Shown here one piece after another: positions 15,024-32,348 of a DNA stretch of 64,000 nt (within the stretch, counting starts at the first letter, position 1; each line of letters starts with the position of its first letter). The DNA lies in the NCBI GenBank assembly GCA_963555825.3, contig CAUVXB020000002.1, positions 3,520,001 through 3,584,000 of the forward strand. The letters run 5' to 3'. Under the pieces are notes generated by a model, which was not told the origin of the DNA, searched no databases, and worked only from the letters and a program-made list of their open reading frames with translations. Both the position numbers and the translations under genes were made by a program. Origin of the DNA: Alphaproteobacteria bacterium (GTDB lineage: Bacteria; Pseudomonadota; Alphaproteobacteria; JAAXGF01).

Positions 15024-15631
15024 CCGGCCAGGTGATCGTCGACTTCTACTATGGCCTGGGCAGCCGCTATTCCTATCTGGCGGCGACCCAGATCGCCGCG
15101 CTCGAGGCCGCGACCGGCTGCCGCGTCGCATGGCACCCGATCGACAGCCGCGCCCTGATCCCGCGCGGCGGCGGCGACCCGTTCGACGGCAGCGTCATCT
15201 CGGGCCAATACGATTGGGCCTACCGGCAATACGACGCCGAGAGCTGGGCGGCCTTCTACGGCGTGCCCTACAACGAGCCGAATTTCGATGACTATCTGTC
15301 AGCCGAGCTGGCCCGCGCGGCGGGCGCGGCCAAACGGCTCGGCGCCGTCGTGCCATACAGCCACGCGCTGTTTCGCAAGGTCTTCGTCGACGGCGGCGTG
15401 ATCGACGAAACGGTGTACGCAGCGCTCGCCGACGACGTCGGCCTCGACCGCGACGCCTTCGCCGCGACGCTCGCCGACGCCAGCCTCGACGCCGAACTCG
15501 TCGCAACGGTCGACGCCGTGCAGGCGCGCGGCGCCTTCGGCGTACCGACCTTCTTCGCCGGCGAACGCCTGTTCTGGGGCAACGATCGCCTCGTCCTGCT
15601 GCGCCACCACCTGCTTGAAGCAGCTCACTAA
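15020..15631 (+). CDS. DsbA-like 2-hydroxychromene-2-carboxylate isomerase (kappa GST) family protein
   Basis: VDFYYGLGSRYSYLA, C-terminal GAFGVPTFF...FWGNDRL; ATGA overlap with xerC. Confidence 0.85.
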   Translation: MTGQVIVDFYYGLGSRYSYLAATQIAALEAATGCRVAWHPIDSRALIPRGGGDPFDGSVISGQYDWAYRQYDAESWAAFYGVPYNEPNFDDYLSAELARAAGAAKRLGAVVPYSHALFRKVFVDGGVIDETVYAALADDVGLDRDAFAATLADASLDAELVATVDAVQARGAFGVPTFFAGERLFWGNDRLVLLRHHLLEAAH

Positions 15632-15703
15632 TTTAAACGTAAGCAGTATATATTTAATTACGCTGGCAACGTATTGATAAATATATACTGCTTACGTTTA
15701 AAT
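15631..15703. repeat. AT-rich perfect 26-bp inverted repeat between convergent genes (probable bidirectional terminator or mini-element)
   Basis: ATTTAAACGTAAGCAGTATATATTTA (15631-15656) is the exact reverse complement of 15678-15703. Confidence 0.85.
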
Positions 15704-16915
15704 GCGGCGCGCCAGGAGCGCCAGCGCGACCGGGCCCATGAAGACGGCGACGCCGAGGCTGGCGAAGGCGAGGCCCCAGCCCGCGAGGTGGTCGGCGCCG
15801 GCGATGTCGAGCACGACGCCGAAGGCGAGCGGGCCGATGAAGGCGCCGACGAAGCCGAGCCCCGAATGCACCGCCATCACCGCGCCACGGCCGCCCTTCG
15901 GCGCGGCCTGCACGGCGCCTGTCGTGATCGCCGCCGAATCGGCGGTGACGAACATGCCGTAGACCATCGCCAACGCGGCGACCAGCGGGAACGGCAAGCC
16001 GGCCGTGAAGCCATAGAGCGCGGCGAGCAGCGCCGAAAGGGTCATGATCGTCGAGACGTAGCGCCGCCGCGTGAAGCGCATGGCGATCTCGCCGCCGATG
16101 ATGCTCGACGGCACCGCGATCAGCGCCACCAGGGTCGCGATCAGCGTGACGTTCCAGCCGCCATAGCCGGGCTGCAGCGTCTGGCTGAAGACCAGGAAGG
16201 CGACGATCCAGCCGCGCAGGCCGAACAGTTCCCAGTTGTGCGCCGCGTAGGCCAGGATGTAGCCCATCGCCTCGCGGTTGCGCAGCACCGGGCGGAAATC
16301 GAGGAGATGCGTCTCGGGCGCCGGATGCGCCGTGCCACGGCGCACGGTCAAGGCCCAGCCGGCGAGCACCATCGAGACCGGCGCGCCGAGAGCGGCGGCG
16401 CCGAAGGCCCACTGCCACGACCAAAGCGTCGCGACCTCGCCGGCGACCAGGAACGAAAGGCTGGTGCCGATGCCGAAGCTCGAGGTGTAGAAGGCGACGG
16501 CGCGCGGCTGGCCCGGCCCCTCGATGCGGTCGGTGAGCGCCTTGAGGCCGGGCATGTAGGTGCCGGCCAGCGCGATTCCGGTGAGGGTGCGGAATATCAG
16601 CGCGCTCCAGAAGCCGTCGGCGATCAACGCGAAGCCGAGCAGGCTCGAGGCCCCCAGCGCGGTCGACAACAGGTAGATGCGCAACGGATCGACCCGGTCG
16701 GTCAGGCTGACCAACACCGGCACCGAAAGCGCGTAGCCGGCGAAATAGATGCCGGTGATCCAACCGGCGTCGGCGTAGCTCAGGGTCCATTCGGCCTGCA
16801 TCGTCGGCAGCAGCGCCGAGAACGTCGTGATGCCCAGCATGCCGAACACCTCGGCGGCGCACATGACGAGGAGCAGGTTGCGGTCGGAGAGTCTCTCGCC
16901 GGCGGGCGGGGTCAA
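15698..16915 (-). CDS. MFS transporter
   Basis: About 12 hydrophobic helices, SLTDRVDPLR loop motif, GTYMPGLKAL. Confidence 0.88.
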   Translation of the reverse strand: MTPPAGERLSDRNLLLVMCAAEVFGMLGITTFSALLPTMQAEWTLSYADAGWITGIYFAGYALSVPVLVSLTDRVDPLRIYLLSTALGASSLLGFALIADGFWSALIFRTLTGIALAGTYMPGLKALTDRIEGPGQPRAVAFYTSSFGIGTSLSFLVAGEVATLWSWQWAFGAAALGAPVSMVLAGWALTVRRGTAHPAPETHLLDFRPVLRNREAMGYILAYAAHNWELFGLRGWIVAFLVFSQTLQPGYGGWNVTLIATLVALIAVPSSIIGGEIAMRFTRRRYVSTIMTLSALLAALYGFTAGLPFPLVAALAMVYGMFVTADSAAITTGAVQAAPKGGRGAVMAVHSGLGFVGAFIGPLAFGVVLDIAGADHLAGWGLAFASLGVAVFMGPVALALLARRI

Positions 16916-16922
16916 GGTTGGG

Positions 16923-18332
16923 TCAGATGTGAATCGGCCGGGCGGCGACGGCGAGCGCCGCTTCGCGCACCGCCTCCGACAACGTCGGGTGGGCGTGGCA
17001 GGTGCGCGCGATGTCCTCGGCCGAGGCGCCGAACTCCATCGCCAGCACCGCCTCGGCGATCATCTCGCCGGCGTCCGGCCCGATCATGTGGACGCCGAGC
17101 ACGCGGTCGGTCGCGGCGTCGGCGAGCAGCTTGACGAAGCCGTCGGTCTGCGCGTTGGTGCGGCCCCGGCTGTTGGCCATGAACGGGAACTTGCCCACCG
17201 TGTAGTCGACGCCGGCGGCCTTGAGCTCTTCCTCGGTCTTGCCGACCGTGGCGACCTCGGGCCAGGTGTAGACGACGCCCGGAATGGTGTCGTAGTTCAC
17301 GTGGCCCGACTGGCCGGCGATGATCTCGACGCAGGCCATGCCCTCGTCCTCGGCCTTGTGCGCCAGCATCGGCCCGGCGACGACGTCACCGATCGCGTGG
17401 ATGCCGTCGACGTTGGTGCGGAAGTGGCTGTCGATCATCACCCTGCCGAGCTCGTCGAGCACGACGCCGACGGCTTCGAGGCCGAGGCCGTCGGTGAAGG
17501 CGCGTCGGCCGATCGAGAGCAGCACGACGTCGGCCTTGATCGTCTCGGCCTCGCCGCCCGCGGCCGGCTCGACGGTCAGCGTGACGTCCTTGGCGCCGGC
17601 CTTGGCCCCGGTCACCTTGGTCTTGAGCCGGAACGTCATGCCCTGCTTGCCGAGGATGCGCTGAAACTGCTTGGAGACCTCGCCGTCCATGCCCGGCGTG
17701 ATGCGGTCGAGAAACTCGACCACGGTGACCCGCGCGCCGAGCCGGCGCCACACCGAGCCGAGTTCGAGCCCGATATAGCCGCCGCCGATGACGACCATGT
17801 GCTTGGGCACCTTAGGCAACGCCAGCGCGCCGGCCGACGACACGATGCGCTTCTCGTCGACGGGCACGCCCTTGAGCGGCATCGGTTCGGAGCCGGTCGC
17901 GACGATGATGTTGGCCGCGCCGAGCACCCGCTCGCCGCCGTCGGCGAGTGTCACCGTGACCTCGCGCTTGCCCGATACCCGACCGGCGCCCGCGACGTAG
18001 TCGACCTTGTTCTTCTTCAACAGATGCGCGATGCCCTTGGTCAGGTCGCCGACGACGCCCTCCTTGCGCTTCATCATCGCCGGCAGGTCGAGCTTGACGC
18101 CCGAGACCTTGACGCCGTGGGCGCCGAGGTGATGGCCGGCGATCTCGAACAGCTCGGAATCGTGCAACAGCGCCTTGGACGGGATACAGCCGACGTTGAG
18201 GCAGGTACCGCCGAGCGTACCGCGGCTCTCGACGCAGGCGGTCGAAAGCCCGAGCTGCGCGGCGCGGATCGCGGCGACGTAGCCACCCGGTCCGCCGCCG
18301 ATGACCACCACGTCGAAGCTGTCGTTTGCCAT
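16923..18332 (-). CDS. lpdA: Dihydrolipoyl dehydrogenase (E3)
   Basis: [23 protein letters not shown] redox disulfide, HAHPTLSEA. Confidence 0.97.
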   Translation of the reverse strand: MANDSFDVVVIGGGPGGYVAAIRAAQLGLSTACVESRGTLGGTCLNVGCIPSKALLHDSELFEIAGHHLGAHGVKVSGVKLDLPAMMKRKEGVVGDLTKGIAHLLKKNKVDYVAGAGRVSGKREVTVTLADGGERVLGAANIIVATGSEPMPLKGVPVDEKRIVSSAGALALPKVPKHMVVIGGGYIGLELGSVWRRLGARVTVVEFLDRITPGMDGEVSKQFQRILGKQGMTFRLKTKVTGAKAGAKDVTLTVEPAAGGEAETIKADVVLLSIGRRAFTDGLGLEAVGVVLDELGRVMIDSHFRTNVDGIHAIGDVVAGPMLAHKAEDEGMACVEIIAGQSGHVNYDTIPGVVYTWPEVATVGKTEEELKAAGVDYTVGKFPFMANSRGRTNAQTDGFVKLLADAATDRVLGVHMIGPDAGEMIAEAVLAMEFGASAEDIARTCHAHPTLSEAVREAALAVAARPIHI

Positions 18333-18383
18333 ATCCCTCCCCCTGTCGCCGCGCATTCGACGCCGCGGCGTGTTTGATTCGAC

Positions 18384-19607
18384 TCAGACGTCGAGCAGCA
18401 GCCGCTCGGGGTCCTCGATGCACTCCTTGACGCGCACCAGGAAGGTCACCGCCTCGCGACCGTCGATGATGCGGTGATCGTAGCTCAGCGCCAGATACAT
18501 CATCGGCCGGGCCTCGATCTCGCCGTCGACCACCATCGGCCGTTGCTGGATCTTGTGCATGCCTAAGATGGCCGACTGCGGCGGATTGAGGATCGGCGTC
18601 GACAGCAGCGAGCCGTAAATGCCGCCGTTCGAGATGGTGAAGGTGCCGCCCATCAGGTCCTCGAGCGCGAGCTTGCCGTCGCGCGCCTTGACCGCGACGT
18701 CGTAGATGGCCTTCTCGATCTGGGCGAAACTCATCTGGTCGGCGTCGCGCAGCACCGGCACGACGAGGCCCTGGGGCGAACCGACGGCGACGCCGATGTT
18801 GTAGTAATTCTTGTAGACCAGGTCGGTGCCGTCGACCTCGGCGTTGACCGCCGGGATTTCCTTCAGCGCGACGATCGCCGCCGTAACGAAGAACGACATG
18901 TAGCCGAGGCGCACGCCGTGCTTCTTCTCGAAGGCGTCGCGATAGGTCTTGCGCAGCGCCATCGCCGCCGACATGTCGACTTCGTTGAAGGTGGTCAGCA
19001 GCGCCGCCGTGTTCTGCGCCTCCTTGAGCCGCTCGGCGACGCGCTGGCGCAGCCGCGTCATGCGCACGCGCTCCTCGCGGTCGGCGTCCGGGCGCGGGCC
19101 CGACGGCGCCGGCGCCGGCTTGGCCGCCGGGGCGGCTTCAGGCACCGGCACGGGCGCCGGCGCGGCAGGCGCCGCGCCCTCGAGCGCCTTCAGCACGTCG
19201 CCCTTGGTCAGGCGACCACCCTTGCCGGTAGCCGCGATCGCCGCGGGATCGAGGTCGTTCTCGTCGATCAACTTGCGGACCGCCGGCGACAGCGGCATCT
19301 CGGCGGCCGGCGCCTCGGGCTCGGGCTCGGCGGCGGGCGCTGAGGTGGGCGCTGCGGCCTCGCCGGCGGCGCCTTCCTCGATCAGCCCCAGGACCGCGCC
19401 GACTTCGACGTTCTCGTCCTCGGCGACGCGAATTTCGGCAAGCCGGCCGGCAGCCGGCGCCGGCACCTCCATGGTGACCTTGTCGGTCTCGAGCTCGACC
19501 AGCATTTCGTCGGCGGCGACAGCGTCGCCCGGCGCCTTGAACCATTTTGCAACGGTCGCTTCGGTCACCGACTCGCCCAGCGCGGGCACCTTGATTTCAA
19601 CGCTCAT
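18384..19607 (-). CDS. sucB: 2-oxoglutarate dehydrogenase E2
   Basis: Lipoyl domain ETDKV, E3-binding domain, [11 protein letters not shown]. Confidence 0.97.
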   Translation of the reverse strand: MSVEIKVPALGESVTEATVAKWFKAPGDAVAADEMLVELETDKVTMEVPAPAAGRLAEIRVAEDENVEVGAVLGLIEEGAAGEAAAPTSAPAAEPEPEAPAAEMPLSPAVRKLIDENDLDPAAIAATGKGGRLTKGDVLKALEGAAPAAPAPVPVPEAAPAAKPAPAPSGPRPDADREERVRMTRLRQRVAERLKEAQNTAALLTTFNEVDMSAAMALRKTYRDAFEKKHGVRLGYMSFFVTAAIVALKEIPAVNAEVDGTDLVYKNYYNIGVAVGSPQGLVVPVLRDADQMSFAQIEKAIYDVAVKARDGKLALEDLMGGTFTISNGGIYGSLLSTPILNPPQSAILGMHKIQQRPMVVDGEIEARPMMYLALSYDHRIIDGREAVTFLVRVKECIEDPERLLLDV

Positions 19608-19634
19608 TGTCGCCTCGACCCTCCCGGTGTCGGC

Positions 19635-22520
<2,886 letters not shown>

Positions 22521-22590
22521 GGTCCTAATACCGTAGTGAATTGGGTGTGCTTCGCATGTCTTCCCTAACCGGTCGTTGACCGCCGGCCAG

Positions 22591-22857
22591 CCCGGCGTTC
22601 TCACCATGGACAGGCGCGTCATCGCGTCGGGCGGTCGCCGAGCCGCCAGGAGAAGGTCGCGGAGCGTGGCCCGGGCCACGGTCAAGGCCTTCGACGCCGC
22701 GGGCGGCCCGCCCGGCGCGACCCTTAAGGGCGGCGGATCTCGGACGACAGGCCGCGTCAAAGCGCTTGCCCGATGCGCAAGCATCGCGCCGCGCGCTTTT
22801 CCTAGCCTGTCGTCCGATATCCGCCGTGCCGCACCTGTCCATGGTGAGAACTCCGAG
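22591..22857. mobile_element. 267-bp structured MITE-like element, family B, copy 1 (between sucD and sucA)
   Basis: Perfect 18-bp TIR core GTTCTCACCATGGACAGG (22597-22614 / 22834-22851); internal 20/21-bp stem; near-identical inverted copy at 25037-25305. Confidence 0.8.
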
Positions 22858-24902
<2,045 letters not shown>

Positions 24903-25036
24903 TCGGACCTTACTGACGCCTGTTCTTGGGCGGAACAGACGACCCGGCGGTTACGATCGCGATCTACTTTAGCACTCGAAAATCCCCGCGCAACCCGTTG
25001 TGACGGGGAAACATCTGAACCGCCGGGGAAAACTGG

Positions 25037-25305
25037 CCCGGCCTTCTCACCATGGACAGGTGCGGCACGGCGGATATCGGACGACAGGCTAGGAAAAGCG
25101 CGCGGCGCGATGCTTGCGCATCGGGCAAGCGCTTTGACGCGGTCCTGTCGTCCGAGATCCGCCGCCCTTAAGGGTCGCGCCGGGCGGGCCGCCCGCGGCG
25201 TCGAAGACCTTGACCGTGGCCCAGGCCACGCTCCGCGGCCTTACTCCTGGCGGATCGGCGACCGCCCGACGCGATGACGCACCTGTCCATGGTGAGAAGT
25301 CCGGG
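25037..25305. mobile_element. Structured MITE-like element, family B, copy 2 (inverted relative to copy 1)
   Basis: Same TIR core TTCTCACCATGGACAGG; CTGG on both sides (candidate 4-bp target duplication). Confidence 0.8.
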
Positions 25306-25317
25306 CTGGGCGTGTTA

Positions 25318-26492
25318 TACCAGTGAGCCTATGAAATCACCTTCATGATCCATGGATAGGCGCAGAGGGTTCGCATACGATCCGGTTCTGCGATGAGGTC
25401 GATCCATGCTTGGCAACAGGCGTCGATGATGGCCTCGGTGTCGTCGAGGACGCGGAGCGATAGGAAGCGTTCGCGTAGGTAGAGCCAAACCCGCTCGACG
25501 GGGTTGAGTTCGGGACTGTAAGGCGGCAACAGCGCCAAGGTGACGTTGTCGGGGACGGTGAGGGCGCGCTCGTCGTGCCAACCGGCGCCGTCGCACATCA
25601 TGACGGCGTGCGCATCCTGGTCCAGGGTATCGGCGAAGTGTGCGAGAAACAGGTCCATGACCTTGGCGTTGACGCTCGGCATCACCAGGGTGACGTCGTC
25701 GCCGGTGTCCGGGCGCACGGCGGAGAAGATGTAGGCCCACTGGTAGCCGATTTGACGCGTCCCGGGGGCACGCTCGCCCCTGCGCCACCACCGGTGACAC
25801 ACCCGGCCCTTGTTGCCGACGCGCGCTTCATCCTGAAACCACAGCTGTAGGCGCTTGTCGGGATGCGCCGCGGCGGTCGCCTTCAGGATGTCGCGAAGCC
25901 CCCTTTTTTGAAGCGCTCCTGCGCTTCGGCGTCCCTTCGCGGGTGGCTCGGGCGCGCCTTCTGGCGGGAAAATCCCATCCGCCGTAGAACCCGGGTCATG
26001 CTCGAGGGGTGGTAGGTCTTGGCGAAGCGCTCCTCCAGCCAGCGGCACAGATCGGCCCGGGTCCAGGCGCAAACCCCGTCGCGCTCAGGCTCCGGCCCGG
26101 CGATGATGACCGCCGCCAGCGCCGCTTCCTCGTCTGCCGTCAGCCGCCGCGGCGAGTAGCCCTTTGGACGGTCGTGAAGCCCCTCCAATCCCTTTGCATT
26201 GTAACGAACAACCGCGTCGCGAAGCGTTTGGCGATCCATCCCCGCAAGCCGCGCGGCATCAGCCCGGGGCATCTCCTCCAAAGCATTCGCGATCCCATAG
26301 GCCCGCGCCGCCGCTCGACCGTACGATTCCACGCGAGCCCAGCGCCGAAGCTCCAAAGGCGTCAAATCATCCCGTATCTTGAGTGCTGATCCCATGACAT
26401 CCCCCACATCTGGTGGGAGACCATAGAATCACAATCCGCCATCATCCGCCATCAATGAATATCCCGAGAGTCAATTCAGGCGCTCACTGGTA
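25318..26492 (-). mobile_element. IS630-family insertion sequence, copy 1 (1175 bp)
   Basis: Ends TACCAGTGAGC...GCTCACTGGTA; TTA on both sides; two-ORF transposase. Confidence 0.92.
25329..26395 (-). CDS. IS630 transposase (orfA HTH + orfB DDE, joined by a probable -1 frameshift)
   Basis: FQDEAR, CDGAGWH, PPYSPELNPVE; slippery AAAAAAG at 25903-25909 on the minus strand. Confidence 0.9.
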
Positions 26493-27467
<975 letters not shown>

Positions 27468-27551
27468 CTACCTACTCCCTTTCCCGGTACGCCGCAAGTG
27501 GCCCAAAAATGTCGTCGCAAGACTCAATTCGAATCGGGCCAAATGGGCTTA

Positions 27552-28726
27552 TACCAGTGAGCCTATGAAATCACCTTCATGATCCATGGATAGGCGCAGA
27601 GGGTTCGCATACGATCCGGTTCTGCGATGAGGTCGATCCATGCTTGGCAACAGGCGTCGATGATGGCCTCGGTGTCGTCGAGGACGCGGAGCGATAGGAA
27701 GCGTTCGCGTAGGTAGAGCCAAACCCGCTCGACGGGGTTGAGTTCGGGACTGTAAGGCGGCAACAGCGCCAAGGTGACGTTGTCGGGGACGGTGAGGGCG
27801 CGCTCGTCGTGCCAACCGGCGCCGTCGCACATCATGACGGCGTGCGCATCCTGGTCCAGGGTATCGGCGAAGTGTGCGAGAAACAGGTCCATGACCTTGG
27901 CGTTGACGCTCGGCATCACCAGGGTGACGTCGTCGCCGGTGTCCGGGCGCACGGCGGAGAAGATGTAGGCCCACTGGTAGCCGATTTGACGCGTCCCGGG
28001 GGCACGCTCGCCCCTGCGCCACCACCGGTGACACACCCGGCCCTTGTTGCCGACGCGCGCTTCATCCTGAAACCACAGCTGTAGGCGCTTGTCGGGATGC
28101 GCCGCGGCGGTCGCCTTCAGGATGTCGCGAAGCCCCCTTTTTTGAAGCGCTCCTGCGCTTCGGCGTCCCTTCGCGGGTGGCTCGGGCGCGCCTTCTGGCG
28201 GGAAAATCCCATCCGCCGTAGAACCCGGGTCATGCTCGAGGGGTGGTAGGTCTTGGCGAAGCGCTCCTCCAGCCAGCGGCACAGATCGGCCCGGGTCCAG
28301 GCGCAAACCCCGTCGCGCTCAGGCTCCGGCCCGGCGATGATGACCGCCGCCAGCGCCGCTTCCTCGTCTGCCGTCAGCCGCCGCGGCGAGTAGCCCTTTG
28401 GACGGTCGTGAAGCCCCTCCAATCCCTTTGCATTGTAACGAACAACCGCGTCGCGAAGCGTTTGGCGATCCATCCCCGCAAGCCGCGCGGCATCAGCCCG
28501 GGGCATCTCCTCCAAAGCATTCGCGATCCCATAGGCCCGCGCCGCCGCTCGACCGTACGATTCCACGCGAGCCCAGCGCCGAAGCTCCAAAGGCGTCAAA
28601 TCATCCCGTATCTTGAGTGCTGATCCCATGACATCCCCCACATCTGGTGGGAGACCATAGAATCACAATCCGCCATCATCCGCCATCAATGAATATCCCG
28701 AGAGTCAATTCAGGCGCTCACTGGTA
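27552..28726 (-). mobile_element. IS630-family insertion sequence, copy 2 (appears identical to copy 1, direct orientation)
   Basis: Same ends, same 1175-bp length, identical ORF translations; TTA duplication. Confidence 0.92.
27563..28629 (-). CDS. IS630 transposase (frameshifted orfAB), copy 2
   Basis: Translations identical to 25329-26395. Confidence 0.9.
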
Positions 28727-28754
28727 TTAGGCACATGAACGAAGGGTGTGTCGC

Positions 28755-29826
28755 CTACCTACCGAGAATATGATTGCGAAGCGAATGGCGATCGGGGGCC
28801 CGATATCCCGGCATCCGATGAACTGGCTCCGCTTGGGAAGGCACTTCATGCCGCGTCGGGACGCCCAACAATGTCATCAGGTCGCGCGCCACGGACTCGC
28901 TTGGCCAATAGTCACCGTGGCGCGCACCAACCAGCTGCTTTCGTGAGCTACCGAAGCTTTGTGGGCTGCCGTTCAAACCAACAGCCGAAAAATAGGCCTT
29001 GGACTCATGACCCAGGCTGTGTAAAAACCGCCCCCGAGCGCTATTGGCACGATTTTCTCTAACTTCTCGAATTTCTAAACTCAACAAAATCAACATCTTA
29101 TCAGAGGGCACTTTAGAAGAATTGACCGAGCACTCTCCTGTTAGTGGTATTTTCCGACGTTTTTACACAGCCTGGACCCATTGCGAACGCAAGACTCTGC
29201 CCGGCGGGAAAAGCAAAACGCAGAACGGGATCGTCCGGAGAATACAGCACAAGGACGCGGGGATCGGCGCGGACGACACCTGCCCGTAGCTCTCCTCCGC
29301 TCTCGACCAATTCAACCGGAACGGCAGCGGCGGCCAAAAGTAGAAAACGTACTTTTGGGAAGCCCGGTGCATCTCCCCGGGCGTACAACGAAAGCATCTC
29401 CAGGACGAGGCGGCAGCCCATTGAATGGCCGACCAAACTGACCTCCCGAAGTCCAGGTATTCCCGCCAGGAATCTCGCGAACACCTGGGCGGATTCCTTT
29501 GCGTCGGAAATTTCGGTCGGATAGCTCAAGAATGAGAATATCCAGAGATCGGCATCGCCCGGCCAGAAGAACTTACCAACATCTGGTTTGGCCCCGCCTG
29601 TCCGAATGTCCCCGCGAGATAACAGCGCGTCAAGATTATCGAGAAAATTGCTGTACGCGGCTCGCGCATCGGCCATGTTGTTGTTGTAACCGTGCACGAG
29701 TAAGACGATGTGCCCACTCGGCGGCGCCGCGAATCGCGGCGGATGTTCTACACTCGGTCGTACCGGTCCGCCAGTTTGGGCAATGCGTACCGACAGCTCG
29801 TAGGCGGCGCCGAACACGTAATTCAT
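28755..29826 (-). pseudogene. Alpha/beta hydrolase (DUF900-like) split by a MITE
   Basis: VHGYNN, GHSMG nucleophile elbow, YSPDD.VL; removing 29013-29174 plus one GACC restores ...AFAMGHESKAY...HGDYW in frame. Confidence 0.82.
29013..29174. mobile_element. 162-bp MITE with IS1182-type ends
   Basis: TIR CAGGCTGTGTAAAAAC...GTTTTTACACAGCCTG; 4-bp GACC duplication; AT-rich interior with no transposase. Confidence 0.85.
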
Positions 29827-30629
29827 CCCCTCTTTGGCTTTAGAACCTTCGAGAAATCATTGATCATCGGCGCCAAAAGTCCGCCAGCGACCGCCACGAG
29901 TATCCAGAGGAGAAGATCCCCCAAACTCGATGTGGAGCCGCCGCCAAACACACCTGCGCCGAGGAATATGAACAGGCCACTTACGACTACCGACCAAACA
30001 TGCAGGCGTCGGCTCCATTGAGATGTCATCGCGATCATGATGCCATCGAGGCTTCGCTGGAAGTGACTGGCGATCCGATTTCGCGCCTCGACGTAACGCT
30101 CCAGTTCCCTGTGCACCTCTTCGCGTCGCTCCGTGGACGGTTCGTCTCCCTCCTTGGGCGAAACATCAGGACGGCCACCGAATAGAATTTTGAAATCCGA
30201 CGAATCGGCATTCCTCGCGAGGGTTATGATTAGCGCGCGATAGCGGTCTGGTGTCTCGAGAGCCATTTGCAAGGCGGCGTTGATCTGTCCGGCCAACTTC
30301 TCGACGCGTTGATCGTAAAGCGCCCATTGATCGCCTGCCGTCGCAAGCTCATGGAGCTGCGCGAGCACAACGTCGATGGATAACTCCACCGTCGTTCCAT
30401 CACTCGTGGTTATCGATCCGGGCGCTCGTCGCTTCAACCAATTCCGAATCCATTGCTCATTCCACCAGCGGCGAAGACCCAGCACCTTTTTGCCAAACTC
30501 GATCAACGCCATTGCCAACACGCCGACTGACGCGAGTGCTGCCGCAATTGGGCCGAACGTGCCGGCGAAATCCTGCAGAGCACCTTCGATTGCGGTCGGT
30601 ACAAATTCAGTCCAGTTCATTGCATCCAT
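29823..30629 (-). CDS. Hypothetical membrane protein (N-terminal TM, soluble middle, two C-terminal TM)
   Basis: 268-aa ORF with lower GC; stop overlaps the hydrolase ATG; no recognised motif. Confidence 0.7.
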   Translation of the reverse strand: MDAMNWTEFVPTAIEGALQDFAGTFGPIAAALASVGVLAMALIEFGKKVLGLRRWWNEQWIRNWLKRRAPGSITTSDGTTVELSIDVVLAQLHELATAGDQWALYDQRVEKLAGQINAALQMALETPDRYRALIITLARNADSSDFKILFGGRPDVSPKEGDEPSTERREEVHRELERYVEARNRIASHFQRSLDGIMIAMTSQWSRRLHVWSVVVSGLFIFLGAGVFGGGSTSSLGDLLLWILVAVAGGLLAPMINDFSKVLKPKRG

Positions 30630-30902
30630 GATTCACCACTCCGTTTCGTGCGCAATCCAACGAAATAGGCTGCGGCGACACGATAGTGCCCACAATTGCT
30701 GGCAGACGATTATGGTTGGACGCGCCATTGATGCCTGATCTTGGCCTTGATCCGCTCGTTCGCGAGCGACCCTTGGTAGCACTGGGACATTGTACTGCAT
30801 TTGGATGTAATATTATCAAAAAATGCGATCATCAGTTGCTACGAACAAATCAGCGGCAGAGAATCCCCCCGCGACATGGTCTGTTGGTCCGCGTGCATCC
30901 GC

Positions 30903-32042
30903 TCACGTCAAGTGCGGCGCCGCGAGATAGGCGTCGGACTGCATCTCGTAGAGCCGCGAGACGGTGCGCTCGAAGGCCTTGGCCCCGTCGCCCTTCGGGT
31001 AGAGCGCGTCGGGCGCGACGGCGGCCGAGCACACCAGATTGACCTTATGCTCGTAGAGCGCGTCGATCAGCGTGACGAAGCGTACCGCCTCGTTGCGCTT
31101 CGCGGGACCGAGCGCTGGCACGTCGGCGAGCACCAGAGTGTGATAGAGCCCGGCGATCGCCAAATAATCGGCGGCGCCGAGCGGTTTCTCGCAGAGATCG
31201 GCGAAGCGAAAGCGGGCGACGCCGTCGGCCGCGGCGGGCACCGCGAGCACGCGGCCCTTGAGCGCGATGCGGTCGGGCGCGGCGGCACGGCCTTCGACCA
31301 AGCGGGCGAAGCAAGCGTCGAGCGCCGCGCCGGCGGCCTTGTCCAGGGGCGTGAAGTAGACCTGCATACGCTCGATCGAGCCACGTCGGTAGTCGACGCC
31401 GGCGTCGAGTTCGAAGACGTCGAGGCGTTCGGCGAGAAGCTCGATGAACGGTTCGAAGCGGTCGCGGTTGAGGCCGCCGGCGTAGAGCGCGCCTGGCGCC
31501 GTGTTCGATGTCGCGACGACGACGATGCCGCGCGCAAACAGCGCCGAGAACAGCCGGTCGAGGATCAGCGCGTCGGCCGGGTCGTTGACCTGGAACTCGT
31601 CGAAGCACAATAGCCAGGCCGTCGCGGCCAGCGCGTCGGCGACCGGCGGGATCGGGTCGGCGCCAATGCGCGTGCCGCTCGCGCGCCCTTCCTTGCGCCA
31701 GGCGTGGATCCTTTCGTGGACCTCGAGCATGAAGGCATGGAAGTGGACGCGCCGCTTGCGCGCCACCGGCGCGGTGTCGAAGAACAGGTCCATGACCATC
31801 GATTTGCCGCGCCCGACGCCGCCGAACATGTAGAGGCCGCTCGGCGGCGCGGCGGGCTCGGCCGGCCGGTCGAAGCCGAGGCGCGCGAGCAGGCCGGTAC
31901 CGCCAACCTCGGGCGGGGTGTATGTCTTGAGCCGGCGGTGCAGCAGGTTGAGCTTTTCGGCGGCCAGTTCCTGGGCTGTGTCGCGTTCGATCTCGCCGCT
32001 CCGGATCAGCGCCCGGTAGGCACTCAGCGGGTCGTCGCCCAT
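30903..32042 (-). CDS. zapE: Cell division ATPase ZapE (AFG1 family)
   Basis: GLYMFGGVGRGKS, RVHFHAFM, LCFDEFQV, TSN, RFVTLIDALYE, FERTVSRL. Confidence 0.95.
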   Translation of the reverse strand: MGDDPLSAYRALIRSGEIERDTAQELAAEKLNLLHRRLKTYTPPEVGGTGLLARLGFDRPAEPAAPPSGLYMFGGVGRGKSMVMDLFFDTAPVARKRRVHFHAFMLEVHERIHAWRKEGRASGTRIGADPIPPVADALAATAWLLCFDEFQVNDPADALILDRLFSALFARGIVVVATSNTAPGALYAGGLNRDRFEPFIELLAERLDVFELDAGVDYRRGSIERMQVYFTPLDKAAGAALDACFARLVEGRAAAPDRIALKGRVLAVPAAADGVARFRFADLCEKPLGAADYLAIAGLYHTLVLADVPALGPAKRNEAVRFVTLIDALYEHKVNLVCSAAVAPDALYPKGDGAKAFERTVSRLYEMQSDAYLAAPHLT

Positions 32043-32052
32043 GCCCGAGCCA
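31983..32052. repeat. 70-bp direct repeat, copy A (functional zapE 5' end)
   Basis: 59/70 identical to 33956-34025 by hand alignment. Confidence 0.8.
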
Positions 32053-32348
32053 TGGTCCACTCTCTGTATTTCTCCCGTCAAATGGATGAGCCCGCCGCGC
32101 TGGTCCAGTTTCACCAGAATCAGGTTATCGGATGGCTGCGGAAGGAAAACAATACCAATGGCGGTGCCATTTCGTTACGATCGCCACGGACTTGAAAGTT
32201 ATCTGGGAAATGTCGGATACATCGAGTTTCAATCGGCGACTTGGTGAGTGGGCCTCGGGGTGATTTTCGTTCATCTTCCTTGATCTTCTGACGAGATGCC
32301 ACCCTTTAAAATCAAGGCTTTGAGGGATACCGCTGAAAGGAGGAGGAC

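Noticed and set aside
15631-15703. dif site near xerC
   Set aside because: TTACGTTTAAAT only loosely resembles the XerD arm, and the 11-6-11 layout is absent
22521-22784. N-terminal extension of SucA (1049-aa ORF in the track)
   Set aside because: It starts inside the family-B repeat; recognisable SucA sequence begins at the ATG at 22520
30768-30778. GACCCTTGGTA matching the family-A MITE end
   Set aside because: Only 11 bp with no partner end; compatible with chance
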